Below are positions 38,555 through 52,711 of a DNA stretch of 64,000 nt, one piece after another; position 1 is the stretch's first letter, and every line of letters begins with the position of its first letter. Where the stretch lies: contig OX597829.1 of the NCBI GenBank assembly GCA_951406725.2, positions 21,204,001-21,268,000 of the forward strand. Direction: 5' to 3'. The notes beneath the pieces are model-generated. The model was not told the DNA's origin. It did no database searches and saw nothing but the letters and a program-made list of their open reading frames with translations. The stretch is from Octopus vulgaris (lineage: Eukaryota). A program made the position numbers and the translations under genes.

Positions 38555-38602
38555 GTCTCCGATGAAGGGATATAATAAATATCCTGGAAACAGCTGTAAG
38601 AC
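38555..38602 (+). ncRNA. type I hammerhead motif (CCGATGA core variant), Penelope-like terminal repeat
   Basis: gtct CCGATGA agggatat aataa atatcctg GAAA cagctg TA agac. Helix I gtct/agac, palindromic ACAGCTGT. Confidence 0.6.
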
Positions 38603-38714
38603 CTTCTGTCTGTAAATGTTCTAAAATTTACACAGCCTTGGCTTTTTTTTATCTCATTATGAAAAAAAAATGTTTGTATATGTATGTATCTATATATATC
38701 TATATGTATGTACA

Positions 38715-38821
<107 letters not shown>

Positions 38822-38955
38822 TATGAGTGGTATTGGTGTCAAGAAGACCCAAAAAGTGTCAGGTAATGCTGAGTAAATGCTATGGACAGACTATAGTTAA
38901 GCTCCAGGTTCAATAATGATATGAATGAAGAGTCCAACATAGGTTGTGTATTAGC

Positions 38956-39348
38956 ATGTATATATATATATATAAATTAACAGAATGAGATAAAAAATAC
39001 AAGGCTGTGAGTACTTTTCAGAACATTTATAAAGAGAAGGTCTTACAGCTGTTTCTAGGATATTTTATACATCCATTCATCAGAGACAGTGTGAGAAAAT
39101 ATTTAAGTAGTAGTTATTATAGAAAAGATATGAAATACAGAGTGAAGTGGACGGATGAGAACAGACTTGAGATACGTAAGGATATTGTATCTCATGTCCG
39201 TTTTCATTCCACCACTTCATTCTGCATTTCATATCTTCTCTATAATAACTATTACTAAAACATTTGCCCACACCATCTCTGGTGAAGGGATATATAAAAT
39301 ATCCTGGAAACAGCTGTAAGACCTTCTCTTTATAATTGTTCTGAAAAC

Positions 39349-39391
<43 letters not shown>

Positions 39392-39440
39392 GACTATGAG
39401 TGGTATTTTTAATCGCATTCTGTTAATTTATATATATACA
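38956..39440. repeat. diverged palindrome (centre about 39180) of Penelope-like termini
   Basis: aaagagaaggtcttacagctgtttc vs gaaacagctgtaagaccttctcttt and aaattaacagaatg vs cattctgttaattt. Confidence 0.85.
39040..39087 (-). ncRNA. type I hammerhead motif on the pre-mRNA strand (mirror copy 39275-39322 has a mutated core CTGGTGA)
   Basis: Minus strand: gtct CTGATGA atggatgt ataaa atatccta GAAA cagctg TA agac. Confidence 0.65.
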
Positions 39441-39472
39441 TATAAATGATATATATATATATATATATTATT

Positions 39473-39559
<87 letters not shown>

Positions 39560-39637
39560 ATACATATGTATGTATTTATATATGTATTTTTATATGTATA
39601 TGTATGCATGTATGTTTCTCTCTATTTATATATATAC

Positions 39638-39677
<40 letters not shown>

Positions 39678-39680
39678 AAT

Positions 39681-40172
39681 ATCAATGGAAATAGTAGTTG
39701 TGATACCAGTGCCAGTGGCACATAAAAAGCACCATCCGAACGTGGCCGATACCAGCGCCACCTTGACTGGCTTCTGTGCCGGTAGCATGTAAAAAGCACC
39801 ATCCGAACATGGCCGATGCCAGCACTGCCTTGACTGGCTTCTGTGCCGGTGGCATGTAAAAAGCACCATCCGAACATGGCCGATGCCAGCACTGCCTTGA
39901 CTGGCTTCTGTGCCAGTGGCATGTAAAAAGCACCATCCGAACGTGGCCGATGCCAGCACCGCCTTGACTGGCTTCCGTGCTGGTGGCACATAAAAAGCAC
40001 CCACTACACTCACAGAGTTGTTGGCGTTAGGAAGGGCATCCAGCTGTAGAAACACTGCCAGATCAGACTGGAGCCTGGTGCAGCCTCCTGGCTTCCCAGA
40101 CCCCGGTCGAACCGTCCAACCCGTGCTAGCGCGGAAAACGGACATTAAACGATGATGATGATGATGATGATG

Positions 40173-40174
<2 letters not shown>
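39681..40174 (+). mobile_element. RTE LINE 3' UTR with about five tandem units and (GAT)n tail
   Basis: Reverse-complement match to 30773-31455. Confidence 0.88.
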
Positions 40175-40230
<56 letters not shown>

Positions 40231-40833
40231 ATATATATATATATATATAAAAATATATTTATATCCATCCATCTATCCCACCCATCTATATAGTTGGAAT
40301 TTACAAAAAACAAAAGACAAAGACAGGTGTGCAAACAACAAACAGGTGTATTAGTTTAACGTTCAGAAAAGTGAGAAAGTCTTTTACATTTTGAGCCTAT
40401 GCTCTTCAACAGAATGGAACACATGAAAATAAACAGCGACAGAATGAAAAAAGAAAGCTTTAGTAGCTATCAGTCAATTTTGGTGATGGCTGGACAGAGA
40501 TGGTCAGACAGGAGAGCTAGGAAGAAAGGGAGATAATAAAGTAGTGGTGATCCCAAAACAAAGGTGCGTGTGCATATATATGTGAGAGCATGTGTGTGCG
40601 TGTGGATAGGGGCTGGTGTGTGTGTGTGTTTGTTGATCAAAAGTTTTCTCCATTTTCTGATTATTTAAATATGATTACTGATAAATTTTTGTTTATTCTG
40701 TTGTTATTTGTATCCTATGAGCATAGATTGCCTGCATACTTATACCCAGGGACAAAACAGGTAATTGACACTGATACTAAATACAGATGCTTTTATCACT
40801 TAGGCATTTACTGCAATTGCTAACTCTGCTTCC

Positions 40834-40872
<39 letters not shown>

Positions 40873-40952
40873 CAACAAATTATAAAAACAAAACTGAAAT
40901 TTTAAAAGTAATACAAAAAATAGGTCAACCATATAATATGCAATTATCATAC

Positions 40953-40998
40953 CTGTGCATATTCTTTCTCTATAGCTGATCTTTTCTGGCTGAAGATT
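40953..40998 (-). CDS. FCHSD2: FCHSD2/nwk coding exon (exon 3 equivalent), F-BAR domain
   Basis: 46-nt exon, acceptor ttgttatcatttcag, donor CAG|gtatga. Phase 2 to 0 joins the previous exon: (R)IFSQKRSAIEKEYAQ versus human (R)TFSQKKAAIEREYAQ. Confidence 0.93.
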
Positions 40999-42321
40999 CT
41001 GAAATGATAACAATTATATAAAATAAGAGAAAAGGAAGCAATTAATTAAAATAATGAAATTGATTTTAAATAGATTTGATTAATGAAAGCAATACTAATA
41101 ATGATGATGAGGTATTTACTCACCATAAATTAACATAAATTATTGATATGTATTTAAAAGTGGAACGCAGATAATACAAGGTAAATCTACTTCCTCCTTG
41201 CTACTGTCACTGGCACCACCATCCCCTCTTCTTCCTTGTTAGTGATTTTTTCTTTTAGCACTTTGATCAATTCTTAAATGCATTTGTCCATATGATGCAG
41301 GTGGACTGTCCTTTGTCTTTTGATTATCAAATATGCTTCGACATTAGTTGAGTGTTTTGTGAGTGCTGATCACAGAAAGAAACTATTCTACTTTTGTAAA
41401 TGGCTTCTGAAAGAGTATTTTGCGATCTCTATGTGTTTTGTTAGTGTGATTATCGTAGAAGCATTATCATGATATACGATATCTTTTTCTAGATATTTGC
41501 CATTTCGAAGAACAAAGATTTTCTTTATATTTTATTGGAGCCTTGGAGTTTATGGCTCTTAAATATTTTTTCTATTAAGATAAGTAATTGTAAGGGAACA
41601 GTTTTCTTTTCATAAAAATTATCCTAGAAGAGGGTCAAAAAGTCATAAAGTAGTACTAATCAAGAGTTCCTTTCCATTTTATTTCTCACAAAGGACAAAT
41701 GCAAATTATTTATAGTCACATAAAATTATTTATTGAATGTTTTAAGATAAATTGTGATATATTGATTTCATATAAGTCATAATATCACATGCATATATAC
41801 ACACACATGTACTTAATATATGCACTAGATGGTAACTGACAAAGTCAACAATATACAGTACTTAAAGAAGAAACAAACAACAGATATTTCTAAATATTGG
41901 GACAACTAAACTGACATTCAAAAATTGATTATATAAACACAAACAATTGTTTATCAGCCCTGAAGGAAAATGCACTGTGGCTTTGACAAAATTTATATGG
42001 TTTGTGCATGAGGCAAGTTCTCACAAATTCAAAATTACCTGGTCATTGTAGATAATGCACAAATATATAGAAATGATGACTTCAAATCAAAAATATAGTG
42101 TGACTTTTGAGTGAAAAATTAAGAATATTGTTCTAAAGTAGTAACAGATTCATCAAAAGAACAGAATAATTACTGCTTTAAATTTTAATTTGGTTCAGGA
42201 AATAAAAGCATTGATTTTGAAGAGTTTAAAAAAGATAAAAGGATAAATAGAAAAGAAATGAAGAAGTCTCAACATTCCTGAGGTTTATAAAATATTGCTA
42301 GTAACTAATTTCAACAGATAT

Positions 42322-43058
<737 letters not shown>

Positions 43059-44167
43059 TATATCTTTATCTTTTACTTTGGAATGTGGTCATGCTGGGGC
43101 ACCTCCTTGGTGGGTTGTGTCGAACAAATTGACCTCAGTACAATTTTGAAGTCCGGTACTCATTCTATTGGTCTCTTGTGCTGAAGTACTAAACTGTTAA
43201 GTTATGGGGATGTAAACATACCAACACTGGTTGTCAAGTGGTGATTGGGGCAAACAGATTTGCAAACATACACATACACACACAATCACCACCACCACTA
43301 CCACCATCAGCCTCATCATCATTTAATGTTAGTTTTTTTCCATGCTAGCATGGGTTGGATGGTTTGGCAGGAGCTGGCAAGGCCAAGAGCCACACCAATT
43401 TCCATTATCTGTCTTATATGGTTTCTGCAGCTGGATGCTCATCCTAATGCCAACCACTTTACTGAGCGTACTGGGTACTTTTTACAAGACACCAGCACCA
43501 ACTGAGGTGCTTTTTATGGTGCACCATCACTGTTTGGGTAACCAAATACCTTGTAAGACAAAAATCCTCAACTGGGAGTGGAGAATAATATTGAGTGGTG
43601 AAGGCTTTGTGTCAGTTGAGAGATTAAAGGTATATAGGGACAGAGACAGGTGTCTTGCTGTAGATTAGATACATGGATACCCCAGTTGGACAAGAATGGA
43701 GAGTGAGTGAGAGAGTAAGATAAAGAGAGCAAGAAAGAGAGAGAGAGGGGGGAGAGAGAAAGAGATGATGGTGATGATGTGTCAGGTCATGCCCTCAAGG
43801 GACATTTGGGGTAGTGAGAATAAGTGGGGTGATACAGAGGTTTGGACTGGGTGAGTGGGCAGGATAGAGGTGACTGTAGTAAATGATGGAGATAAATATA
43901 AGAGATACTCAAGGCCAGGGGTTGTGGTAGGTATGTGGGAGCATTGAGGTGATAGCAGATAATTGAAGAGATAATGATGGGGAACGACAGGAACAGAAGT
44001 GAGAAGTGAAAGGATGTAATTGGTGAAGACAGTAGGTGGGGGAGGATAATGGGAAATGAAAGTGGATTGGGGTGGAAGAAGAAGAATAACTGAGAAAGCA
44101 GGGAAATGTAGTATGTGCCTATTTTGCTCTCAGGTGATAGAGAAGTGGTGGGTGTCAGAAGATGAAA

Positions 44168-45168
44168 TCATCATCATCGCCTAACATCCACTTTCCATGC
44201 TGGGCATGGGCTGGACGGTTTGACTGAGGACTGGCAAGCCAGGAGGCTGCACTAGGCTCCAATCTGTTCTAGCAAGGTTTCTACAGCTGGATGCCCCTCC
44301 TAACGTCAACTACTCCAAGAGTGTTGTGGATGCTTTTTACGTGCCACCAGCATGGGAGCCTGTCAGGCGACATTAGCACTGACCACACTCGAATGGTTCT
44401 TTTTGCATGCCACTGGCAAAGGAGCCAGTTAGGCAGCTCTAGCATCGACTACACTCGAATGGTGCTTTTTATGTGCCAGTCAGGCAGCACTGGCATTGGT
44501 CACACCAACGATTTCACTTGCCTCAACAAGTCTTTTCAAGCACACCATATTGCTTGACAATTGAAGGGTACTTTTAAATAGGCTTCACTTTACTCAACAG
44601 GTCTTCTCAAGCACAGCATATCTCCAAAGATCTTGGTCACTTGTCATTGCATCTGCGAGGCCCAATGTTCAAAGGTCATGCTTCAGCACTTCATCCTATG
44701 TGTTACTGGGTCTCCATCTTCCACAGGTTCCCTCCACTGTTAAGATGTAACACTTTTTCACACAACTTTCCTCATCCATATGCAACACATGACCATACCA
44801 GTGCAGTTGTCTCTCTTACACACCACATCTGATGCTTCTTATGTTCAACTTTCTCTCAGGGTGCTTACACTCTGTTGTGTATGCACACTGACATTACACA
44901 TCCAGCAGACCATAGTAGCTTCATTTCTTTGAAGCCTTTGCATGTTCTTCACTGCCGTGTAGCATGGCTGTTTGCACACACGCACCATACAGTCTACTTT
45001 TCACTCTGAGCGAGAGGCCCTTTGTCACCAGCAGATATAGGAGCTCTCTGGACTTTGCCCAGGCAATTCTTATTCTAGCAGCTATACTCTCTGAGCATCC
45101 ACTGCCACTACGGACTTGGTCACCTAGGTAATGGAAGCTGTCAACTAGTTGTAGTTTTCCTCAAGGGA
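44168..45168 (-). mobile_element. decayed 5'-truncated RTE LINE
   Basis: Nucleotide similarity to 31500-32170 (cacactgacattacacatccagc, ctttcactctgagcgagaggccctttgtc) plus 3' UTR and (CAT)n on the plus strand. Confidence 0.88.
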
Positions 45169-46110
45169 AATGGTTAACAGGAAGTGGGGGAGTGGAAAGA
45201 GGATGGAGGTGGGGTTTGGGCAAGGCCCCTCATGGACAAGCATTATGGAGATGGCTTTAAGATATCAATTCTGCTGTGGTGGATGGGTCTTCTTGAGTAC
45301 AGTAAGGTGTCAGATATCCTGGTCCCATGCATACATGCATTCATTCATTCATTCACACACACACACACACACACACGCACACACACACACACAACATACA
45401 TACATACATACACACATACATACACACATACATACATACATACTTATATGTGACAAACTTCTTTTAGTTTTTGTCTACCAAATCCAGTCACAAGGCTTTG
45501 ATCAGCCTGGGACTAAAATAGAAGACACTTGCCCAAGGTACTGCAGAGTGGATCAGAACCCAAAACCACATGGATGGGAAGCAAGCTTCTTAACCCCGTA
45601 GCCGTACCTATGCCAACCAGTAAAATCCTGACAATGACTATATTGCAGAGGTGAGACAAAATAATAGACTGTACTATGTGTACACACACACACACCACAT
45701 ACTTTCTCTCTCACATCCACATATACACAAATAGGAAATGATATATATTGTGACTTATTTACTGATAATTTTCACTAATAATGTTTGTTTATTAATAGCT
45801 GTAGCACACTGTATACAACACATTCCAGACTATCTGGATTACCAGTTTATCTGCAGATGAATGGCATATTAGATTTTATACAGTCGTACATTCCTGCCCC
45901 CCCCCCCACTTCTCCACTCATTTTGACAAGTCAGACTCACCCATCATGAATCTATCACAATAAATTCCTTTGGTAGCTAAATGTCATAACCTATATCATG
46001 GAGAGAACCTTGTTCCCAGACAGCACAGTTGCTCCTTTCCTCTTACCACACATAGCAACAAAAATTTATGCCCTGCCACTATAATCCACCACTGTGATCT
46101 CCTTTGGTAA

Positions 46111-46838
46111 TTAATCCTTTTATTATCATATTTCTGTTGAAAGGTATTACCTTTATTTCAATTAATTTTGAAAATAATGATAAATTTAGTAAAATAACTT
46201 TGTCATTATTTAGCTAGTGTTTGGAACATAAATCAAGGTGAAATTTCCAAAATTGGTATAAACAAAGGTCTTGATTTAGATTTCTTCAAAACAGGTAATT
46301 TGCATCATAGAACCAGGGAGAGTCTCAGGTAGGTTGGTATCAGAATAATGAAGACAAACATAATGGAAAGGTCTGGAAGCTACATCATATGACTAGGATA
46401 TTTCAGTTGAAACATGCTGCTTTCATTTTCATTTGATTTTGAAAATTATGAAGAATTTAGTAAAATATATTTATAACTATTAAGCTAGTGTTTGGAACAT
46501 TAATATGGAATTTCAGTGGGAGGTTTTAATTTAGATCACTTAAAACAGGAAGTTTGTAGCATAATCCCAGAGATGGTCTCAGAAGGGTGAAGACAAACAA
46601 GATGGAAAGATCTGAAAACTGTATCATGTGACTAAGATAATATCTTCTGATGTTACAGTCTTTGTTCCAGTTAATTTTGAAAATAATGGAGGATTTAATA
46701 AAACAACTTTGTAATTATTAAGCTAATGTTTGGAACATAAATATGGAATTTTAATGGAAGGTTTTAAGCTTTGATAATTTTGGAACAGGAAGTTTATATC
46801 ATAAAGCAGTCCTGATTGGTTGGTATAAAAAGGGTTAA
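46111..46838. mobile_element. TTAA-flanked piggyBac-like MITE with internally triplicated segment
   Basis: Ends ttaatccttttattatca / tggtataaaaagggttaa. The block attttgaaaataatga...gctagtgtttggaacat...aaacagg occurs three times (about 46160, 46430, 46670). Confidence 0.6.
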
Positions 46839-47444
46839 GAGCCTTTCATCTTGGAGACAACGCTTATTCTCAGTGACTTTTCTACTATAAGAACAATACC
46901 TGAAATTTTGGGGAAGTGGGTTAGTTGATTACACCCATCCTAGTACAGACAGGTGCTTATTTTATCAATCCTGAAAGGACAAAAGGCAAATATAAACCTT
47001 GGTAGAATTTGAACCCAGAACATAAAGATAGATGAAATGTGACTAAGAATTTTGTCTGGCACATTAATCATTTTGGAAGTTTGCCGTCTTAAATATCAGA
47101 TTAATTTACTATATTCTTCATTATTTTCAAAATATATTGTAGCAAATGTTAAGCATTTCAATAGACATAAAATGACAAATGGATTTGTATATTCACTGCA
47201 GATCAGTCTTTCCCACACATCTCTACAAGTACACTTTGTTAACAATTCACAATCTGTCAAGTCTTTATTGTTAATAAAGTTGTAATGCATATTGACTCCT
47301 TTGTTCATTTGCTTGAGCCTAACCCATGAAACTGGCTTTATGGTTCAATTTGACCTACAAAACAGAGTTTGACACTCTTGGAGAAATGATATAATAACTT
47401 GCACTTATTTTAACAACTGAATAACCAACAAGTGACAGACATAC

Positions 47445-47542
47445 CGTATATCTTCCAGAAGTTCGACTTCTTGTTGATGTTTTGATTGCAATTTCTGCAG
47501 TTGTTCAGTGTGAATAAGTTTTAAAGCAGCAGCATGCTTCAC
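47445..47542 (-). CDS. FCHSD2: FCH and double SH3 domains protein (FCHSD2 / nervous wreck ortholog), coding exon equivalent to vertebrate exon 2, start of F-BAR domain
   Basis: 98-nt exon with acceptor ttctttttttctcgctttttcag and donor ACG|gtatgt. Translates phase 0 to VKHAAALKLIHTEQLQKLQSKHQQEVELLEDI(R), which matches recalled human FCHSD2 VKVTQELKNIQVEQMTKLQAKHQAECDLLEDMR. Confidence 0.93.
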
Positions 47543-48088
47543 CTGAAAAAGCGAGAAAAAAAGAACTTACAAACATGGTTTTAATTTTTTAGAGAGTAGC
47601 TTCAGTTGGAGATAAACATAATTGTAATTGTATAAATACAGTTGAAGATAGATATAATATGCTACTTAACAGTTTCACCAAATGAATTGCATACTATGCA
47701 AGGGGATATCCTATGAATTCAGAGAGTCATCAGGTACATTTTAAATTCCAGCTTTTAGTATCTCACAGCTGGGAACTTTGAGGTATCACATGATATACAG
47801 CCCAAGCCTCTATATCACCTCTCCCGGAATCCCCTCAGGGCATATCTTAACACATCTTCACTATCATTTCACTCTCATTATCATACTAGTCTTTTATTTG
47901 TTTCAGTCATTTGACTGCAGCCATGCTGGAACACCGTCTTTAGTCGAGCAAATCAATCTCAGGATTTAATCTTTGTAAGCTTAGTACTTATTCCATCAGT
48001 CTCTTTTGCTGAACCACTATGTTATGGAGACGTAAACACAGCAACATTAGTTGTCAAGTGATGGTGGGTGGACAAACACAGACGCAAA

Positions 48089-48144
<56 letters not shown>

Positions 48145-48948
48145 TATTCAAAATTAATGAACTGATTTCATTACACAATATCTTAGACACTCTAACCGAC
48201 ACTCTAACCATTAAGCCATGTGCCTTCACATTTAAGGTGACTTGTACCTGGAAGGGAACTTTCTAAGTGCAATCTCAAAGTAACTATGAAAGAACTTCCT
48301 TTAATGGTTCATATATCATATTTTGTCTTTTACTGCTTTGGTGCTCCAGTGAGAAAGCTTCTATGCTGTTGCTCAACCAATTAGAAATAGCAGCCAAACT
48401 CTCTCAAATCATGTTCTATGAGCTATAAAATGACGCACCGGTTAATGTGGTCTTGCATTCCCTGAGAAGAAAGGTGTGAGTCACTGCTGGAAAGCCTTTA
48501 CTCATAGGTTAACTCAATCAAGATTGCACTGTGACTGTACAACAACAATACCTGCGTTGTTACATAACATTTTCTCTATCAAGTAGATGTTGATTCTACT
48601 TTCAGAATAATTCTATTAAGAAATTTCTTGTTCTTTTCTCTTTTTTTTTTTTATGAAGGTTCTGTCTATTCCTAATGATTGTATCTCTTTGGTTTAAAGT
48701 TCAGGAAATTTAGAAAACAAAAATTAATTCATTAAAAAACAAAAACAACAACAACAACAAAAAACCCTATCATATTTCAATATCTTACGTTTCCTGGAAT
48801 TGATTTCTCGGTTACTAAAGGTAACATTTCATTTAACCGTAATCATCCCATTGCTGAAGAATCACAAAGGTCTTTCACTATTTTAGAATCTTTTGTACTA
48901 ATTAATGATTGCCATATATCACATGTAAAATCAGATAATTGTTTATAA

Positions 48949-49009
<61 letters not shown>

Positions 49010-49822
49010 ACAGGGAAGCTAATTATAAAGAAAGTAGTAAAAAAAACATAAGCATCAACAACACACTTTTTCATGAGAAAGACATGCAAGGTTGCTTTAG
49101 ATTCTAAGAAAACTAGATTGTAATGAACTGAATAGAAACACAAACATTTTTTTTTTTTCTCAAATGATTTCTATAGAAAAATCACAGAGCTGTTTGTTCC
49201 TATCAGCTTTCTCATTTCTAAATAGCAGCTACAGTAAACAATAATACAGATGACTGTATGAAATCAGTTAAGACAGATAGTTATTGATTTCTTACATATG
49301 CACAAGCCTCAGATATATTGGGAGAAGGTACAGGAGATTTTATGACATTCGAATATTTCTTAAATGATAGAAGTCAGGAATGTCTACAACTGAGAAATTA
49401 AAAACCAAGTTGTGGACATCCTTATCAGGGGAGAAATTTATTCAAAGAATGAAGGTTTCTATATTATTATTTTAATTAGAGAGGATGGTAATTTTAGAGA
49501 GAGAAGGGGTGGCACTGGAGAGAGAGGAGGGACTGGCTCCCGTGTCGGTGGCACGTAAAAAGCACCATTCAAGCATACTTGATGCCAGTACTGCCAGACT
49601 GGCCCTCATGCCAGTGGCACGTTAAAAAGCACCCACTACACTCGTAGTGGTTGGTGTTAGGAAGAGCATCCAGCTGTAGAAACATTGCCAGATCAGATAG
49701 GAGCCTCGTACAGCCTTCTGGCTTGCCAGTCCTCAGTCAAACCGTCCAACCCATACCAGCATGGAAAGTGGACGCTAAACGACGACGACGATGATGATGA
49801 TGAATATAGTTGTATAAAACCA

Positions 49823-50134
49823 GAACAATGTGAGAGGGTACAAAGTAAAGTACAAATTGAAAAGAAAACAGAACAAAGTTGAAGTTTTGCCTTGTATTTC
49901 TATATTTTGGGATGAAGACCCTTCTTCAGGACATTTGGAAGAGTAATGGTTGGAAAAAGTTTGTTGCTCAGAAGTACACACACTTCTGAGTAACAAATTT
50001 TTTCCAACCACTGCTATTCCGCATGTCCAGAAGCAGGGGTCTTCACCTCGGAATATAGAAATACATGGCAAACTGCAACTTTGTTCAGTTTTCTTTTCAA
50101 TTTGTAGCTTACTTTGTACCATCTCACATTGTTC
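49823..50134. repeat. diverged palindrome (centre about 49980) with decayed hammerhead-like core
   Basis: gaacaatgtgagagggtacaaagtaa vs ttactttgtaccatctcacattgttc. The minus strand has ctgaagaagggtcttcatcccaaaa. Confidence 0.8.
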
Positions 50135-50249
50135 CAGGTTCAGTCCCACTGCATGGCACCTCGGGCAAGTGTCTTCTACTATAGCCTCGGGCCGACCCAA
50201 AGCCTTGTGAGTGGATTTGGTAGACGGAAACTAAAAGAAGCCCGTCATA

Positions 50250-50286
<37 letters not shown>

Positions 50287-50530
50287 TATTATATATGTAT
50301 GTGTGTGTGTGCATATGTTTGTGTGTCTGTGTTTGTCTCCCCCAACATCACTTGACAACCAATGCTGGTGTGTTTACGTCCCCGTAACTTAGCAGTTCGG
50401 CAAAAGGATTCGATAGAATACATATTAGGCTTACAAAAAATAAGTCCTGGGGGCAATTTGCTCGACTCAAGGCGGTGCTCCAGCATGGCCACAGTCAAAT
50501 GACGGAAACAAGTAAAAGAGTAAAAAGAGT
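50135..50530 (+). mobile_element. SINE family A lacking its first ~50 nt
   Basis: Begins at ggttcagtcccactgc directly after the palindrome. Confidence 0.85.
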
Positions 50531-50566
<36 letters not shown>

Positions 50567-50933
50567 TCATCATCCTCATTTAACGTCTGTCTTCCATGCT
50601 GCCATGGGTTAGACTGTTTGACAGGAGCTGGCAACCCAGAGAACTCTACCAGGTTCTGTTGTCAAGCAATGGCCGGGGGCGGTGGGAGGGACGACAACAC
50701 ACAAAGAGACACACACTCGCACAAATATATACATACATATATATACTTACACACACACACACACATATATATATATATGTATATACATACACATGTATAT
50801 ATATATACACTCATATACATATATATATATATACACACATATATATATACTCATATATATATACATATATATATATATACACACATACATATATACATAC
50901 ATATATACATACATACATACATACATATATATG

Positions 50934-52700
50934 TCATCAACATCATTGATTAACATCCATTTTCCATGTTGGCATGTCTTAGACAGTTTGACTGAAGTCT
51001 AGAGAGCTAGCGGCTGCACTAGGCTCCAATCTGGTGTGGCAGAGTGTCTACAGCTGGATGCCCTTCCTAACACCAACCACTCCAAGAATGTAGTCAGTAC
51101 TTTTTATGTGCCACCGGCACAGGGACCAGTTAGGGGGTGCTGGTGTCGGCATGATTGGTTGGTTCTATTTATGTGTCACCAGCATCGGGGCCAGTCAGGT
51201 AGATCTGGCATTAACCACATTTTGATGGTCCTTTTTATGTGCCATGAGCACGGGAGCCAGCCAGGGGGCACTGGCCCCAGCTATGATATTGGTTTCACTT
51301 GACTGAACAGGTCTTCTCAAGCATATCATATCATCTGACGCATGAGGAATATTCTTAACAGGGCTGGACGTGCATGGCTGCAATCTCACTTTAGTTGCTA
51401 GGTCTCCTCAATCACAACATATCTCCAAAGGTCCTGGTCTCCTGTCATTGTCTGAGGCCCACAGTTCGAAGGTCATGCTTCATCACCTCATTCCATGTCT
51501 TCCTGGGTCTACCACTTCTACAAGTTCCTTCTACAGTTAGGGAGTGGCACTTCCTCATACAGCTGTCTTTATTCATACACAACACATGACCATACCAGCA
51601 CAGTTGTCTCTCTTGTACACCACATTTGATGCTTCTAATGCCCAACTTATCTCTCAGGGTGCTTACACTCTGTTGTGTATGCACACTGACATTACACATC
51701 CAGCAGATCATACTAGCTTCACTTCTTTCAACCCTATGCATGTCCTCAGTATTCATGGCCCATGTTTCACTGCCGTGTAACATGGCAGTTCACAAATGTG
51801 CATCATACAGCCTACTTTTCACCCTGAGTGAGAGGCCCTTAGTTTCCAGCAGAGGTAGGGGCTCCCTGATCTTTGCCCAATCTATTCTTACTCTAGTTGC
51901 TACACTCTCAGACCAACCATCCCCACTACAGACTTGGTCGCCTAGGTAGCAGAAGCTATTAACTACTTCCAGTTTCTTCCCCTGGCATGTAATAGAATCT
52001 ATTTTCTGTACATCTTCAGTGTTTATTGCCCCAGTGCATCTGCCACACACAAAAATTATTTTCCCAGTTAACCTTCCTTTGATATTGCTGCACCTTTTAT
52101 GTGTCCATAGCTTACACTGTGTACATCGTATGGAGTTTCTACCCACGCCTTTTCTACAAATAGAGCAGAGACATCTACCTGAAGGGGGTTGTGATTTGAC
52201 AGCCTTCCTAATTACTAAGACTTTGGTTTTGGCTAGGTTAACCCTAAGGCCCTTTGATTCTAGACCTTGCTTCCACACCCTAAACTTTATATCCAGTTCT
52301 GGCAGTGACTCGGCTATTAGAGCAAGGTCATCAGTATAGAGGATCTTCCAGGGACAGCCTATCTTTAATTCCTCTGTTATTGCCTGGAGGGCTATAATGA
52401 ATAAGAGGGGGCTGAGGAACCCCTACTTCTACTCAGAATTCTTCACTATACTCATTGCCAACCCTCACCTTACTGACAGTGTCCCTGTACAGAGCTTGTA
52501 CAGCTCTTACCAGCCACACCTCTATTCTCAGTTTCCACATTGACCACCAGATAAGGGATCAGGGGACCCTGTCAAAGGCTTTCTCTAAGTCAACAAAAGC
52601 CAAGTACGAAAGTTTATCTTTGGCTAGGTATTTCTCTTGCAGTTGCCTTACCAGAAATACAGCATCAGTGGTGCTTCTGCCTGGCGCAAAGCTGAACTGC
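50934..52700 (-). mobile_element. RTE-clade LINE remnant with RT core and Cys-rich insertion
   Basis: FVDLEKAFDRV, LLYTDDLALIAES, GLRVNLAKTKVL, CSICRKGVGRNSIRCTQCKLWTHKRCS...CGRC, MLHGSETW, GRPRKTW. Contains stops and deletions. Confidence 0.95.
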
Positions 52701-52711
52701 ATACACACACA

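Noticed and set aside
40381-40416. Hammerhead-like motif on the minus strand (ctgttgaagagcataggctcaaaatgta)
   Set aside because: Both core boxes deviate (CTGTTGA, AAAA); at best a dead Penelope-terminal relic.
40777-41013. ORF-track peptide MLSFQNLQPEKISYRERICTG overlapping exon 3
   Set aside because: Wrong frame; the spliced frame IFSQKRSAIEKEYAQ is the one matching FCHSD.
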